From: Deltaproteobacteria bacterium | GTDB taxonomy: Bacteria > Desulfobacterota > GWC2-55-46 | Direction of reading: 5' to 3' | DNA length: 64,000 bases | NCBI GenBank assembly: GCA_016182655.1 | Contig: JACPGB010000017.1 | Coordinates: forward strand, 1,110-65,109 | Shown here: piece after piece, positions 9,851-19,948 of the stretch | How the letters are laid out: the number at the start of each line of letters is the position of its first letter | Position numbering within the stretch: the stretch's first letter is position 1 | Notes under the pieces: generated by a model | What the model was told of the DNA's origin: nothing | Databases searched by the model: none | Seen by the model: only the letters and a program-made list of their open reading frames with translations | Translations under genes and position numbers: made by a program

Positions 9851-10411
9851 ATGGACGAAAGAAACCCGCTCGAGGAGTCTCTACTCTTCACGACCCTCGA
9901 GTCCATAGCGGACGTCATAAGGAACAACCCGCTCGTCAAGACGGTGAAGCACAACGCCGTAGTAGGCGACGTCGTCAACTGGGGGCGCTCATCCGCCCTC
10001 TGGCCGATGACCTTCGGGCTGGCCTGTTGCGCCATCGAAATGATAGCGGCCGGGTGCTCGCGCTACGATACCGACCGTTTGGGGATCGTCTTCAGGCCCT
10101 CGCCCAGGCAGTCGGACGTGATGGTCGTCGCCGGGACAATGACCAAGAAGATAGCCCCGGCCGTAAAGAAGCTCTACGACCAGATGCCGGAGCCGAGGTG
10201 GGTCATAGCCCAGGGCGGGTGCGCCTCCGCCGGAGGGCCGTACAACACCTACGCGGTCGTCCAGGGCACGGACCTCGTCATCCCGGTCGACGTATACATC
10301 CCGGGGTGCCCGCCGAGGCCGGACGCGTTGCTCTTCGGCTTCCTCCAGCTCATGGAAAAGATAAAGAAGGAAAACCCCTTCATACTTGAGGAGAGAAAGA
10401 TCTCGTTATGA
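9851..10411 (+). CDS. nuoB: NADH-quinone oxidoreductase subunit B
   Basis: [22 protein letters not shown]. Confidence 0.97.
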   Translation: MDERNPLEESLLFTTLESIADVIRNNPLVKTVKHNAVVGDVVNWGRSSALWPMTFGLACCAIEMIAAGCSRYDTDRLGIVFRPSPRQSDVMVVAGTMTKKIAPAVKKLYDQMPEPRWVIAQGGCASAGGPYNTYAVVQGTDLVIPVDVYIPGCPPRPDALLFGFLQLMEKIKKENPFILEERKISL

Positions 10412-10917
10412 AGCAGAACGACGAAGACCTCCTCGTAAAGAAGGTCAAGGACAACTTCAGGCACGACATCGTCGAGACGACCGTCTACAAGGGAGAGGTC
10501 ACGCACCTCATCGACGTCAAGTCGCTCCGCGCGGTCTGCAACTTTTTGAAGACCGACCCGGACCTCAGGATGAACTTCCTCTGCGATGTCGTCGGCGTCG
10601 ATTACTTCAAGGAGACGCCGAGGTTCGAGGTCGTCTATCACTTTTATTCCATCCAGAAAAAGCACCGGATAAGGATAAAGGTGAGGGTCGCCGAGAACGA
10701 AACGGTGCCGTCGGTTACGCACCTCTGGCCCGGGGCGGACTGGCCCGAGCGCGAGGTCTACGACATGTTCGGGATAGTCTTCGAGGGGCACCCCGACCTT
10801 AAGAGGATATACCTGGCCCACGACTGGGTGGGGTATCCGCTAAGGAAGGACTATCCGTTACGGGGATACAAGGACAGGTATAACCCCTACGGCGAGGAGA
10901 AGCCGGAGGAGATCTGA
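10408..10917 (+). CDS. nuoC: NADH-quinone oxidoreductase subunit C
   Basis: [28 protein letters not shown]. Confidence 0.97.
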   Translation: MKQNDEDLLVKKVKDNFRHDIVETTVYKGEVTHLIDVKSLRAVCNFLKTDPDLRMNFLCDVVGVDYFKETPRFEVVYHFYSIQKKHRIRIKVRVAENETVPSVTHLWPGADWPEREVYDMFGIVFEGHPDLKRIYLAHDWVGYPLRKDYPLRGYKDRYNPYGEEKPEEI

Positions 10918-11233
10918 GATTCAGGGTGGCGAGCCTCCCCCTCACCCCCACCCTCTCCCGCAAGGGGAGAGGGAGATTGAAAGAGGAGAAGCCGGAGGAG
11001 ATATAAGGCCCGGGATGGGCAATCTCCCCCACAACCCCGCCCTCTCCAGGGGGAGAGGGTGATAAAAATAGGGGCTGGCAAGAGAAGCACTGAAAAAAAT
11101 AGATAGGCAATTCAAATATCGAAAGCCTGTTTTGCGAGAGCGGCAAAGGTCTTGTTTTTGGCATCAGAGCCCTTGAGATTGCTTCGTCGTGGAAAACCGC
11201 TCCTCGCAATGACGAAATAAAAAATTATATAAA

Positions 11234-12424
11234 ATGACGGAACGCGAAGAGATAATAGCTACACGGGAAGTGACCCTGCACATGGGGCCGCAGCACCCGT
11301 CCACCCACGGGGTCCTTCACCTCATCCTCGACCTCCAGGGTGAAAAGATACTCAATGTGGAGCCGGATATCGGTTACCTCCATAGGGGGACCGAAAAGAT
11401 AGCCGAGAACCTCCTTTACCATCAGTTCGTCCCGTATACCGACAGGCTCGACTACATGTGCGCGATGTCGAACAACCTCGCGTACGTGATGGCGGTTGAA
11501 AAGCTCCTCGGGATCGAGATAACCGAGCGCGCGAAGTACATAAGGGTGATCTCCGCCGAGCTCTCAAGGATCGCCGGGCATCTTCTCGCATTAGGCGCGT
11601 GGGCGCTCGACCTGGGCGCCATGTCCATCCTCCTCTACGCCATGAGGGAGAGGGAGATAGTCCTCGACATATTCGAGGAGATCTGCGGCGCGAGGATGAC
11701 CTTGAGCTATCTCCGGGTCGGCGGCGTCAGGTACGACTTTACGGATTCCATCAAGGAGTCCATTAAGAGACTCCTCGAGATCCTCCCAAAGAGGATGGAC
11801 GAGTACGAGAAGATACTCCTCGGAAACAGGATATGGATACAGAGGAACAGGGGTGTCGGCGTCATCACAGGCGAGGACGCGATCTCGTTCGGCCTTAGCG
11901 GTCCGGCGCTCCGCGCGAGCGGCGTAAAATGGGACATAAGGAAAGACGAGCCGTATCTCGTCTACGACAGGTTCGACTTCGATACTCCTTTGGGAGAGAA
12001 CGGCGACTGCCTTGACAGGTATAACGTGAGGTTCGAGGAGATAAAGCAGTCGATGAGGATAATAAAGCAGGCGCTCCGCGACCTGCCCGAAGGCCCGTTC
12101 AACGTGGACATGCCGAGCCTCGTGCCTCCGCCGAAGCCGGACGTCTACAAGAACATGGAGAACCTCATCCACCACTTCAAATATGTCTCTCAGGGGTTCA
12201 AGGCCCCGAAGGGCGAGGTCTACTCGGCTATAGAGGCGCCCAAGGGCGAGCTCGGGGTGTATATCGTGAGCGACGGGTCTGAAAAGCCCTACAGGCTGAA
12301 GCTCCGCGTACCGTCGTTCCACAACCTTCAGACCATAAACCACATGTCGAAGGGCAGATACCTTGCCGACGTCATCGCGATTGTGTCGAGCCTCGACCCG
12401 GTCTTCGGCGAGTGCGACAAGTAA
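11234..12424 (+). CDS. nuoD: NADH-quinone oxidoreductase subunit D
   Basis: GPQHPSTHGVL, GYLHRG, EAPKGE, DPVFGECDK. Confidence 0.97.
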   Translation: MTEREEIIATREVTLHMGPQHPSTHGVLHLILDLQGEKILNVEPDIGYLHRGTEKIAENLLYHQFVPYTDRLDYMCAMSNNLAYVMAVEKLLGIEITERAKYIRVISAELSRIAGHLLALGAWALDLGAMSILLYAMREREIVLDIFEEICGARMTLSYLRVGGVRYDFTDSIKESIKRLLEILPKRMDEYEKILLGNRIWIQRNRGVGVITGEDAISFGLSGPALRASGVKWDIRKDEPYLVYDRFDFDTPLGENGDCLDRYNVRFEEIKQSMRIIKQALRDLPEGPFNVDMPSLVPPPKPDVYKNMENLIHHFKYVSQGFKAPKGEVYSAIEAPKGELGVYIVSDGSEKPYRLKLRVPSFHNLQTINHMSKGRYLADVIAIVSSLDPVFGECDK

Positions 12425-12446
12425 GGCATATACAAAGGTAAAGGCC

Positions 12447-12917
12447 ATGCTTTCAGAGGAAGCTAAAAAAGAGATAGAAAAGGCGCTCAGGAAGTACCCG
12501 AACAAGCGCTCCGCCGTGATGGACGCGCTCCGCTCCGCCCAGAAGGCGCGCGGGGGGCACCTCGAGAAGGCCGACATGGACGAGATAGCCGTCATCCTCG
12601 AGATGCAGGCGGTCGAGGTCAACGCCGCCGCGGCCTTCTATACGATGTACAATATCGACAAGCCCGTGGGCAAGTACCATATACAGGTATGCAGGAACAT
12701 CTCGTGCTCGCTCATGGGCGCGGAGCACATCATAAAGCACATGGAGAGGACCCTGAACATCAAGACCGGCGAGACGACCGGGGATAAGAAGTTCACGCTC
12801 TCGACCGTCGAGTGTCTCGGCTCCTGCGGGACCGCTCCGATGATGCAGATAAACGACGACTTTCACGAGAACCTGGACGAGGCGAAGGTCGAAGAGATAC
12901 TGAAGGGCCTCGAATAG
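12447..12917 (+). CDS. nuoE: NADH-quinone oxidoreductase subunit E
   Basis: CRNISC and ECLGSC 2Fe-2S ligands; ATG at 12447. Confidence 0.95.
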   Translation: MLSEEAKKEIEKALRKYPNKRSAVMDALRSAQKARGGHLEKADMDEIAVILEMQAVEVNAAAAFYTMYNIDKPVGKYHIQVCRNISCSLMGAEHIIKHMERTLNIKTGETTGDKKFTLSTVECLGSCGTAPMMQINDDFHENLDEAKVEEILKGLE

Positions 12918-12945
12918 GCCGGATATCCATAGACAGAGCCATTAA

Positions 12946-14205
12946 ATGGAAAAAGTCATCTTAAAAAACCTGGGCAAGCCCGACTCGCACAAGCTGGAGA
13001 ACTACGTCGCCAGCGGCGGGTACAAGGCCATACAGTCTGCCTTGAAGATGAGGCCCGACAACATCGTCCAGATGGTCAAGGACTCGGGGCTCAGGGGGCG
13101 CGGAGGCGCGGGCTTCTCTACCGGGCTCAAGTGGTCCTTCATTCCCAAGGACCCGACGATACAGAAGTACCTCTGCTGTAATGCGGATGAGGGAGAGCCC
13201 GGGACCTACAAGGACAGGGGGATAATGGACAACGACCCCCACATCCTCCTCGAAGGCATGATGATAACGAGCTACGCCATAGGCGCGTCCGTCGGCTACA
13301 TCTACATAAGGGGCGAGTTCGTCTTCGGGGCCAAGAGGCTGGAAGCCGCGATAGACGAGGCCTACGCAAAGGGGTATCTCGGGAAGAACATATTCGGATC
13401 GAACTTCTCTCTCGACATATACATACACAGGGGTTACGGCGCATACATCTGCGGCGAGGAGACGGCGCTCCTTGAGTCCATTGAGGGTCTCCGCGCACAG
13501 CCGAGGAAGAAGCCGCCGTTCCCGGCGCTCGCCGGACTCTACGGCAAGCCCACGGTCATAAACAACGTGGAGACTCTCGCCTGCATACCGGCGATCATCG
13601 AGAAGGGGCCGGAGTGGTTCTCGAAGATGGGGCCCGAGAAGAGCCCCGGGCCGAAGATATTCTGTGTGAGCGGGCATGTTAAAAAGCCCGGTCTCTACGA
13701 GCTTCCGATGGGGACGACCGTAAGGGACCTGATATACAACCACTGCGGCGGGATGCTGACGGACAAGCCCCTTAAGGCCGTGATACCGGGAGGCGTGAGC
13801 GCCCCGTTGCTCACCGCAAGGGAGCTGGACACGGCCCTTGACTTCGATTCCCTCGCGGCAAAGGGGTCGATGCTCGGCTCGGGCGCGGTCGTCGTGATGG
13901 ACGAGTCCGCATGCATGGTGAAGTCGGCCTATATAATAAACAGGTTCTTCAGCCATGAGTCGTGCGGCAAATGCACGCCGTGCAGGGACGGCACGCCGTG
14001 GCTTACGAGGGTGCTTAAGAGGATAGAGCACGGCGAGGGGAGACCCGGCGACATAGAGCTCCTCGAGAGCCTCTGCACCAACATATTCGGCAGGACCTTC
14101 TGCCCGCTCGGCGACGGCGCGGTGATGGCGCTAAGAGGGCATCTCAAGAACTTCAGGGAAGAGTTTCAGTTCCACATAGACCACAAGCGGTGCATGGCGT
14201 CGTAA
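12946..14205 (+). CDS. nuoF: NADH-quinone oxidoreductase subunit F
   Basis: GLRGRGGAGF, NADEGEPG, YICGEETAL, SCGKCTPCR. Confidence 0.97.
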   Translation: MEKVILKNLGKPDSHKLENYVASGGYKAIQSALKMRPDNIVQMVKDSGLRGRGGAGFSTGLKWSFIPKDPTIQKYLCCNADEGEPGTYKDRGIMDNDPHILLEGMMITSYAIGASVGYIYIRGEFVFGAKRLEAAIDEAYAKGYLGKNIFGSNFSLDIYIHRGYGAYICGEETALLESIEGLRAQPRKKPPFPALAGLYGKPTVINNVETLACIPAIIEKGPEWFSKMGPEKSPGPKIFCVSGHVKKPGLYELPMGTTVRDLIYNHCGGMLTDKPLKAVIPGGVSAPLLTARELDTALDFDSLAAKGSMLGSGAVVVMDESACMVKSAYIINRFFSHESCGKCTPCRDGTPWLTRVLKRIEHGEGRPGDIELLESLCTNIFGRTFCPLGDGAVMALRGHLKNFREEFQFHIDHKRCMAS

Positions 14206-14215
14206 ACAGGGGCAA

Positions 14216-16622
14216 ATGGTTACCGTAAAGATAAACGGAAAAGAGATAACCGTAGAGGATAATACCCTTATCCTCGACGCGGCTCGCCACGCGGGATACG
14301 AGATACCGACCTTCTGCTATCAGGCCGACCTCGTCGGCATAGGTTCCTGCAGGATGTGCCTCGTGGAAATTGAGGGGCAGAAGAAGCTCCAGCCCTCTTG
14401 CGTCACGCCAGTCCTCCACGGCATGTCGATAAACACCGAGACGTCGACGGTAATGTCCGCGCGCGCCTCGATGCTCGAATTTTTGCTCGCCAACCACGCG
14501 CTCGACTGCCCGGTGTGTGACAAGGGCGGAGAGTGCGAGCTCCAGGACATGGTCTACAAGTACGGCCCGCACAAGGGGAGGCACGCCGAACCCAAGTTCA
14601 AGTTCCAGGAAAAGGACTACGCCTTAAGCCCCGTCATCATAAAGAACTCGAACAGGTGCGTGCAGTGCATGAAGTGCGTCCGCGTCTGCAGGGAGGTCGT
14701 CGGAGCGAATGTATTGGGCGCGCTCGGCAGGGGAGACCACCAGGAGGAGACGAGCTTTTTCCGGCACTTTTTGGACTGCGACCAGGACGGCAACTGCATA
14801 GAGGTCTGCCCGGTCGGCTGTTTCATGCGCCTGCCGTACAGGTACAAGACGAGGCCGTGGGACCTTAAGGGCGCGGATACCGTCTGCCAGTGGTGCGGAA
14901 CCGGTTGCAGGATGGTGATAGAGGAGAGGGACGGGATACTTATAAGGTCAAAGGCCCAGATGGGCGTTGGGTTGAACAGCGAGACGCTCTGCGCGCGCGG
15001 CAGGTTCGGCAACGACTTCATGACCCGCGCCGAAAGGCTTAAGACCCCGCTCGTCAGAAGGTTCGGGAAGTTGGAGCCAGCCTCATGGCAGGAGGCGCTC
15101 GCCGTAATAAAGGAAAACGTGCCATCAGACGGCGAGAGGATCGGAGGCATCGCATCGCCCCGGCTTACGAACGAAGAGCTCTATCTCTTCCAGAAGCTTT
15201 TCAGGACCATATTCGGGTCCGCCAACATAGATTCGAGCTCGCGCTGGGGCTCAGACGCGGTAGAGGCGTTCGCAAAGGCGGCCTCGATGGACGCGGGCGG
15301 CGTATCGGTATTCGACTGCATGGAGACCGACACAGTCCTTATAATAGGCTCCCACGTATCCGACGAGAACCCGGTAACGGACTACATTATCGGGCAAGGA
15401 AGGCGCGCTCCTCGAATCGATCATACTCTTCCTTAACGCATCGAAGGTCGAAGGCGCAGGGGAGCTTGGGAACATCGCGGCAGGCAGGCTCTCTTCCGTA
15501 ACGGCGGAGGCGGGTGTCTCAGGCGAATCCGTTGAGTCGCTCGCCAGGAAGCTCAAGTCGTCCGAATCCGTCGCCATAATGGCAGGGACGGACTTCTTAA
15601 GATACCCCGAGGGGATCGCGAAGCTCGGGCTCCTGAAGGACCTGCTCAAGTCCTTGGGCAAGAAGGTATCGGTTCTGCCGCTCCTCGACAGGGCGAACCA
15701 GAGGGGCGCCTGGGAGATGGGCGTACACCCGTCGCTCGGACCTGCGTATTCGAAGGCCGGAAAGTTGGGCCTCGATACCGACGGGATGCTGGAAGCGGCT
15801 GTGAGCGGCGCGCTCGACTTCCTTTTTATCGCGGGGTCTGACGTCGCCTCCATGTACCCTGACGAGGGTTCCGCGAGGGCCGCCCTCGGAAGAGTCAAGT
15901 TCCTCGTCGTCCAGGATACCTTCATGACCGAGACAGCCAGTTTCGCGCATGTGGTGCTCCCGGGCGCGGCTTTTGGAGAGAAGGAAGGGACGTTCACGAA
16001 CCAGGAGGGCAGGGCCCAGGTAATAAGGAGGCTCATGAACCCTCCGGGCAAGGCGAAGCCCGACCTCGACATAATAAGGGCTATAGGCGAGAGGTTCGAC
16101 CCGTCCTTCGGCCCGAAGAACTTCGTGCTGGCGCTCGACGAGATACGGAACGGGAATTCGATGTACTCGAAGGTCTCGCTCGCCTTCAACAACAAGAGGA
16201 ACAGCGACAACAGGCTCGACATAAAAGAAGCGCTCGTGCAGGCCTCGAACGCCGCCTCTCTCTCATCAAAGGAGTTCGCGGCAAAGGCCGCGTCCGTTAG
16301 CGGAGAATACCCGTTCAGATTAATAACCGGCAACCACCTCTTCCACTCCGGAAAAGGCACGATGAGGTCCGAGACACTCTCAGGGCTCCTTAAGGCGGCC
16401 GTCGTCGAGATAAGCGAAGAGGACGCGGTCTCCCTCGGGCTTAAGAACGGGGACAGGGTAAGGCTTAAATCAAAGGACTACGAGGCGGTAGTTACATTAA
16501 GGACCGCGAGGGGCTCGAAGAACGGCCACGTCTTCCTCGCCGAGAATTTCGAGGACTGCCAGGTCAACAGGTTCCTCCGGCGGGGCGAAGGCCCGCCGAT
16601 GGTGTCCATAACGAAGGCCTGA
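14216..16622 (+). pseudogene. nuoG: NADH-quinone oxidoreductase subunit G, split by a frameshift/deletion near 15390
   Basis: N-part 14216-15436 has CRMC, HALDCPVCDKGGECELQ and CVQCMKCVRVC; C-part continues in another frame (GKEGALLE... into ORF 15579-16622 with QDTFMTETA..AHVVLP and EKEGTFTNQEGR). Confidence 0.85.
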
Positions 16623-16776
16623 GGACCGGGCTTAGAGGACCGGGCCGGGGCTGAAAACCGAAGGCCCCGGGCAGATAGGCAACTGACGCATCGATCGCGT
16701 TCGCATATATCTATCAAATCAGGTCTTAAGAGAAGCGCAATAGGCGGCCTGTCCGCCTGAAATCGGAGGGACTGTC

Positions 16777-17247
16777 ATGGTAGACCCCAAGCTTTTGAGG
16801 GAGCTGGCTTTTTTCTCGGACCTTTCTGACAACGAGCTCACGACCGTATCGAAGGTCGTGAAGAAGAAGGACTTCAAGCTCGGAGATACGATATTCAAGG
16901 AGTCCGAGGACGGCGCGTCCATATACATCATAAAGAAGGGCGAGGTGAAGGCCTGCAAGATAGCCCCGGACGGGGAGCTCTTCACTCTCACCATAATGAA
17001 GGACGGAGACATATTCGGCGAGATGAGCTTCCTTGACGGGAGGCCCCGGTCGGCGACGGTAGTCGCGGTCTCGGACCTCGAGACCTACATGATGGAGAAG
17101 GCCGACTTCGAAACGCTCGTCGACGGGAACCCCAGGATCATATACAAGCTACTTAAGAACATAGTCTTCACCATACACTCGATAGTCCGCGGCATGAACT
17201 CGCGCTACATAGAGATGATCAACTACATGTGGGGCAGGAGAAGGTAA
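16777..17247 (+). CDS. Stand-alone cyclic-nucleotide-binding domain protein
   Basis: IFKESEDG, YIIKKGEV, GDIFGEMSFLDGRPRSATVVA; no HTH. Confidence 0.92.
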   Translation: MVDPKLLRELAFFSDLSDNELTTVSKVVKKKDFKLGDTIFKESEDGASIYIIKKGEVKACKIAPDGELFTLTIMKDGDIFGEMSFLDGRPRSATVVAVSDLETYMMEKADFETLVDGNPRIIYKLLKNIVFTIHSIVRGMNSRYIEMINYMWGRRR

Positions 17248-17325
17248 AGGGGCCTGAAAGGACGCAGTCAGCAACGGGGCAAGGCGCGGAAAGACAAGAC
17301 GTAAAAGGGCTCAACCAGGGACACG

Positions 17326-18360
17326 ATGCCGGATACATCTACCATACTGGAATTCATACTCATAATAGTGAAGGCGGGGGCCATCGCAATGGTCCTCTTC
17401 GGACTGCCGTTGCCCCTTACCTGGCTCGAAAGGAAGATAGCCGGGCACATACAGGTGAGGCTCGGGCCCTGGAGGGTCGGCCCCCACGGACTCCTTCAGC
17501 CCTTCGCGGACATGATAAAGCTCCTCATGAAGGAGGACATCATCCCGTACAAGGCGGACAAGTTCCTCTTTGTCATAGCGCCGCTCCTCGCGATGGTGCC
17601 GGCGTTCGCCGTCTTCGCGGCGATCCCGTTCGGAGAGAAGGTATTGATACCGGGGCTCGACTACGAGCTTACGCTGTATCTTTCGGACATGAACGTCGGC
17701 ATCCTCTACATACTCGCGATGTCCGGGCTCGGCATATACGGCATAATACTCGGCGGCTGGGCGTCCAACAGCAAGTACTCCCTTTTGGGAGGGCTCCGCT
17801 CCTCCGCCCAGATGATAAGCTACGAGATAGCGGTGAGCTTCGCGGTCATAGGCGTCGTCATGCTCTCGAACTCTTTAAGCCTCCTGGACATAGTAAGGGC
17901 GCAGGGCGGGAACCTCCTCCACTGGAACTTCCTGTACCTCCCGGTCGGGCCGGTCTGGTTCTTCATATTCATCATAGGGTCGACCGCCGAGATAAACAGG
18001 ATACCCTTCGACCTCCCCGAGGACGAAGGGACGCTCGCGGCCGGTTTCCACACAGAGTACAGCGGCATGAAGTTCGCCTTCTTCATGCTCGCCGAGTACA
18101 TCGCAATGGTGACGGTATCGGTCCTCGCGGTGATACTCTTCTTCGGAGGCTGGAACGCGCCGTTCAGCATCCCGTTCCCGATACCGCCTATATTCTGGTT
18201 CGTAGGGAAGGTGGCGTTCTTCATCTACCTCTTCATGTGGGTGAGGTTCACGCTCCCGAGGTACAGGTACGACCAGCTCATGAACATAGGATGGAAGATA
18301 CTCTTGCCGCTCTCGCTCGTAACAGTGCTCGTAACCGGCCTCATGAGGCTTTATCTTTAA
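17326..18360 (+). CDS. nuoH: NADH-quinone oxidoreductase subunit H
   Basis: ERKIAGHIQVRLGP, SKYSLLGGLRSSAQMISYE, NRIPFDLPE, PRYRYDQLM. Confidence 0.97.
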   Translation: MPDTSTILEFILIIVKAGAIAMVLFGLPLPLTWLERKIAGHIQVRLGPWRVGPHGLLQPFADMIKLLMKEDIIPYKADKFLFVIAPLLAMVPAFAVFAAIPFGEKVLIPGLDYELTLYLSDMNVGILYILAMSGLGIYGIILGGWASNSKYSLLGGLRSSAQMISYEIAVSFAVIGVVMLSNSLSLLDIVRAQGGNLLHWNFLYLPVGPVWFFIFIIGSTAEINRIPFDLPEDEGTLAAGFHTEYSGMKFAFFMLAEYIAMVTVSVLAVILFFGGWNAPFSIPFPIPPIFWFVGKVAFFIYLFMWVRFTLPRYRYDQLMNIGWKILLPLSLVTVLVTGLMRLYL

Positions 18361-18369
18361 GGACAGGTA

Positions 18370-18942
18370 ATGGCGGAAGACAAGGGAAGCATACTTGAGC
18401 TTATAAAGAAGGTCCTCTTCACGGATTTCGTGAAGGGCCTTACGATCACGCTCGGGTACAACGTGTCGAGGTCGATCACGCACAAGTACCCGGACGAGGA
18501 GAAGTGGGTCCCCTACAGGCGTTTCAGGGGCGTCCACACGCTCAACAGGACCGAGGACGGACGCGAGCTCTGTGTCGCATGCGAGCTATGCTCCAAGGCC
18601 TGCCCGACACAGTGCATAACCGTCATCCCCATGGAGGACGACACAGGCAGGGGCATCGCCGACAGGGTCGCCAAGGTCTGGAAGGTCGACCTCGTAAGGT
18701 GCCTGTATTGCGGGTACTGCGAGGACGCCTGCCCCACCCGCGCGGTACGGTTGAGCAGGGAGTACGAGCTCGCCTGCACGGACTTGAGCTGTACCGTCAG
18801 GCAGAGGGAAGAGCTCCTGAAACCCGTCCAGGTGCCTGAGTCGTTCGAGGGCGGGGTGGTGGCGAAGTCCGAGTTCCTCCGCTCCAAGAGGGGCATAAAA
18901 GTGAAGGTGGACCTCTCAAGCACGAGGAAGAGGCCGCTTTAA
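18370..18942 (+). CDS. nuoI: NADH-quinone oxidoreductase subunit I
   Basis: CVACELCSKACP and CLYCGYCEDACP. Confidence 0.96.
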   Translation: MAEDKGSILELIKKVLFTDFVKGLTITLGYNVSRSITHKYPDEEKWVPYRRFRGVHTLNRTEDGRELCVACELCSKACPTQCITVIPMEDDTGRGIADRVAKVWKVDLVRCLYCGYCEDACPTRAVRLSREYELACTDLSCTVRQREELLKPVQVPESFEGGVVAKSEFLRSKRGIKVKVDLSSTRKRPL

Positions 18943-18965
18943 CGGTTGCAAGAACTGATTTTGTT

Positions 18966-19103
18966 CAGGTTGCGTAAAAAGCATCGGACGCGAGGCGTCG
19001 AGAAGCGAGTAGTCGAGGGACCGGGGAGCGAGGCGTATTTATTTGCATGTCCTCGGGACTGAGTAAGAAGACAACGGAGCAGACTGGTTTTTTCGGCGGC
19101 CTG
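18966..19103. mobile_element. Probable ~138-bp MITE between nuoI and nuoJ
   Basis: Imperfect terminal inverted repeats CAGGTTGCGTAAAAA / TTTTTCGGCGGCCTG. Confidence 0.5.
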
Positions 19104-19119
19104 CCAAGGAAAGAGAAGG

Positions 19120-19641
19120 ATGATAGAGCAGTTTTTCTTCTATATGTTCGCCATCGTGGCGGTCGTCACGGCGGTGCTGGTGATCTCGGTGAGGAACCCG
19201 GTCCACAGCGCCTTCTACCTTATCGTCTGCTTCCTGCAGGTCGCGGCGATATTCATTCTCCTTCGCTCGCCGTTCCTGGCCGCCGTGCAGGTCTTCATCT
19301 ACGTCGGCGCGATAATGGTATTGTTTCTATTCGCGGTACTCGTGCTCGACATCGGGCGGGAGCAGTTCAGGGAGCACTTCCACGGACAGACTGTCACGGC
19401 TCTTGCCGCCTTACTCGCGCTCTTCGTCGTAATGGGCATACTCCTCGTCTCCGGAAAGATAACCGCGCCGCTCGGGCCATTTGACGAGCCTGCGCTCATG
19501 AAAAACACCGAGGTCATAGGAAAGTCGCTCTACACGAGCTACATATTCCCGTTCGAGATAGTATCCATCCTGCTTTTGATAGCGCTTATCGGCGCGGTCG
19601 TCCTCGTCATGAGGGGGCAGGGCAAGGAGAGCAAGGACTGA
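19120..19641 (+). CDS. nuoJ: NADH-quinone oxidoreductase subunit J
   Basis: NPVHSA, QVFIYVGAIMVLFLF, PFEIVSILLLIALIGA. Confidence 0.96.
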   Translation: MIEQFFFYMFAIVAVVTAVLVISVRNPVHSAFYLIVCFLQVAAIFILLRSPFLAAVQVFIYVGAIMVLFLFAVLVLDIGREQFREHFHGQTVTALAALLALFVVMGILLVSGKITAPLGPFDEPALMKNTEVIGKSLYTSYIFPFEIVSILLLIALIGAVVLVMRGQGKESKD

Positions 19642-19946
19642 TGGCGCTTACCCTCACACATTACCTGGTCTTGAGCTTCATCCTCTTCCTCGTGGGAATG
19701 GCAGGGGTGCTGCTCCGCCGTAACATCATCATAGTGCTCATGTCGCTCGAACTCATATTCAATTCCGTGAACATCAGTCTCGCGGCGTTCTCGTACTTCC
19801 TCCAGAACCTGAACGGGACGATCTTCGTCGTCTTTAATATCACGATAGCCGCGGCAGAGGCCGCCATAGGCCTTGCCATACTCGTCGCCGTTTACCGGAG
19901 ACGCCAGACCGTCTATGTCGACGAGCTCGACGAGATGAGGGGTTAA
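19641..19946 (+). CDS. nuoK: NADH-quinone oxidoreductase subunit K
   Basis: RRNII.LMSLEL, AAAEAAIGLA. Confidence 0.96.
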   Translation: MALTLTHYLVLSFILFLVGMAGVLLRRNIIIVLMSLELIFNSVNISLAAFSYFLQNLNGTIFVVFNITIAAAEAAIGLAILVAVYRRRQTVYVDELDEMRG

Positions 19947-19948
19947 CG

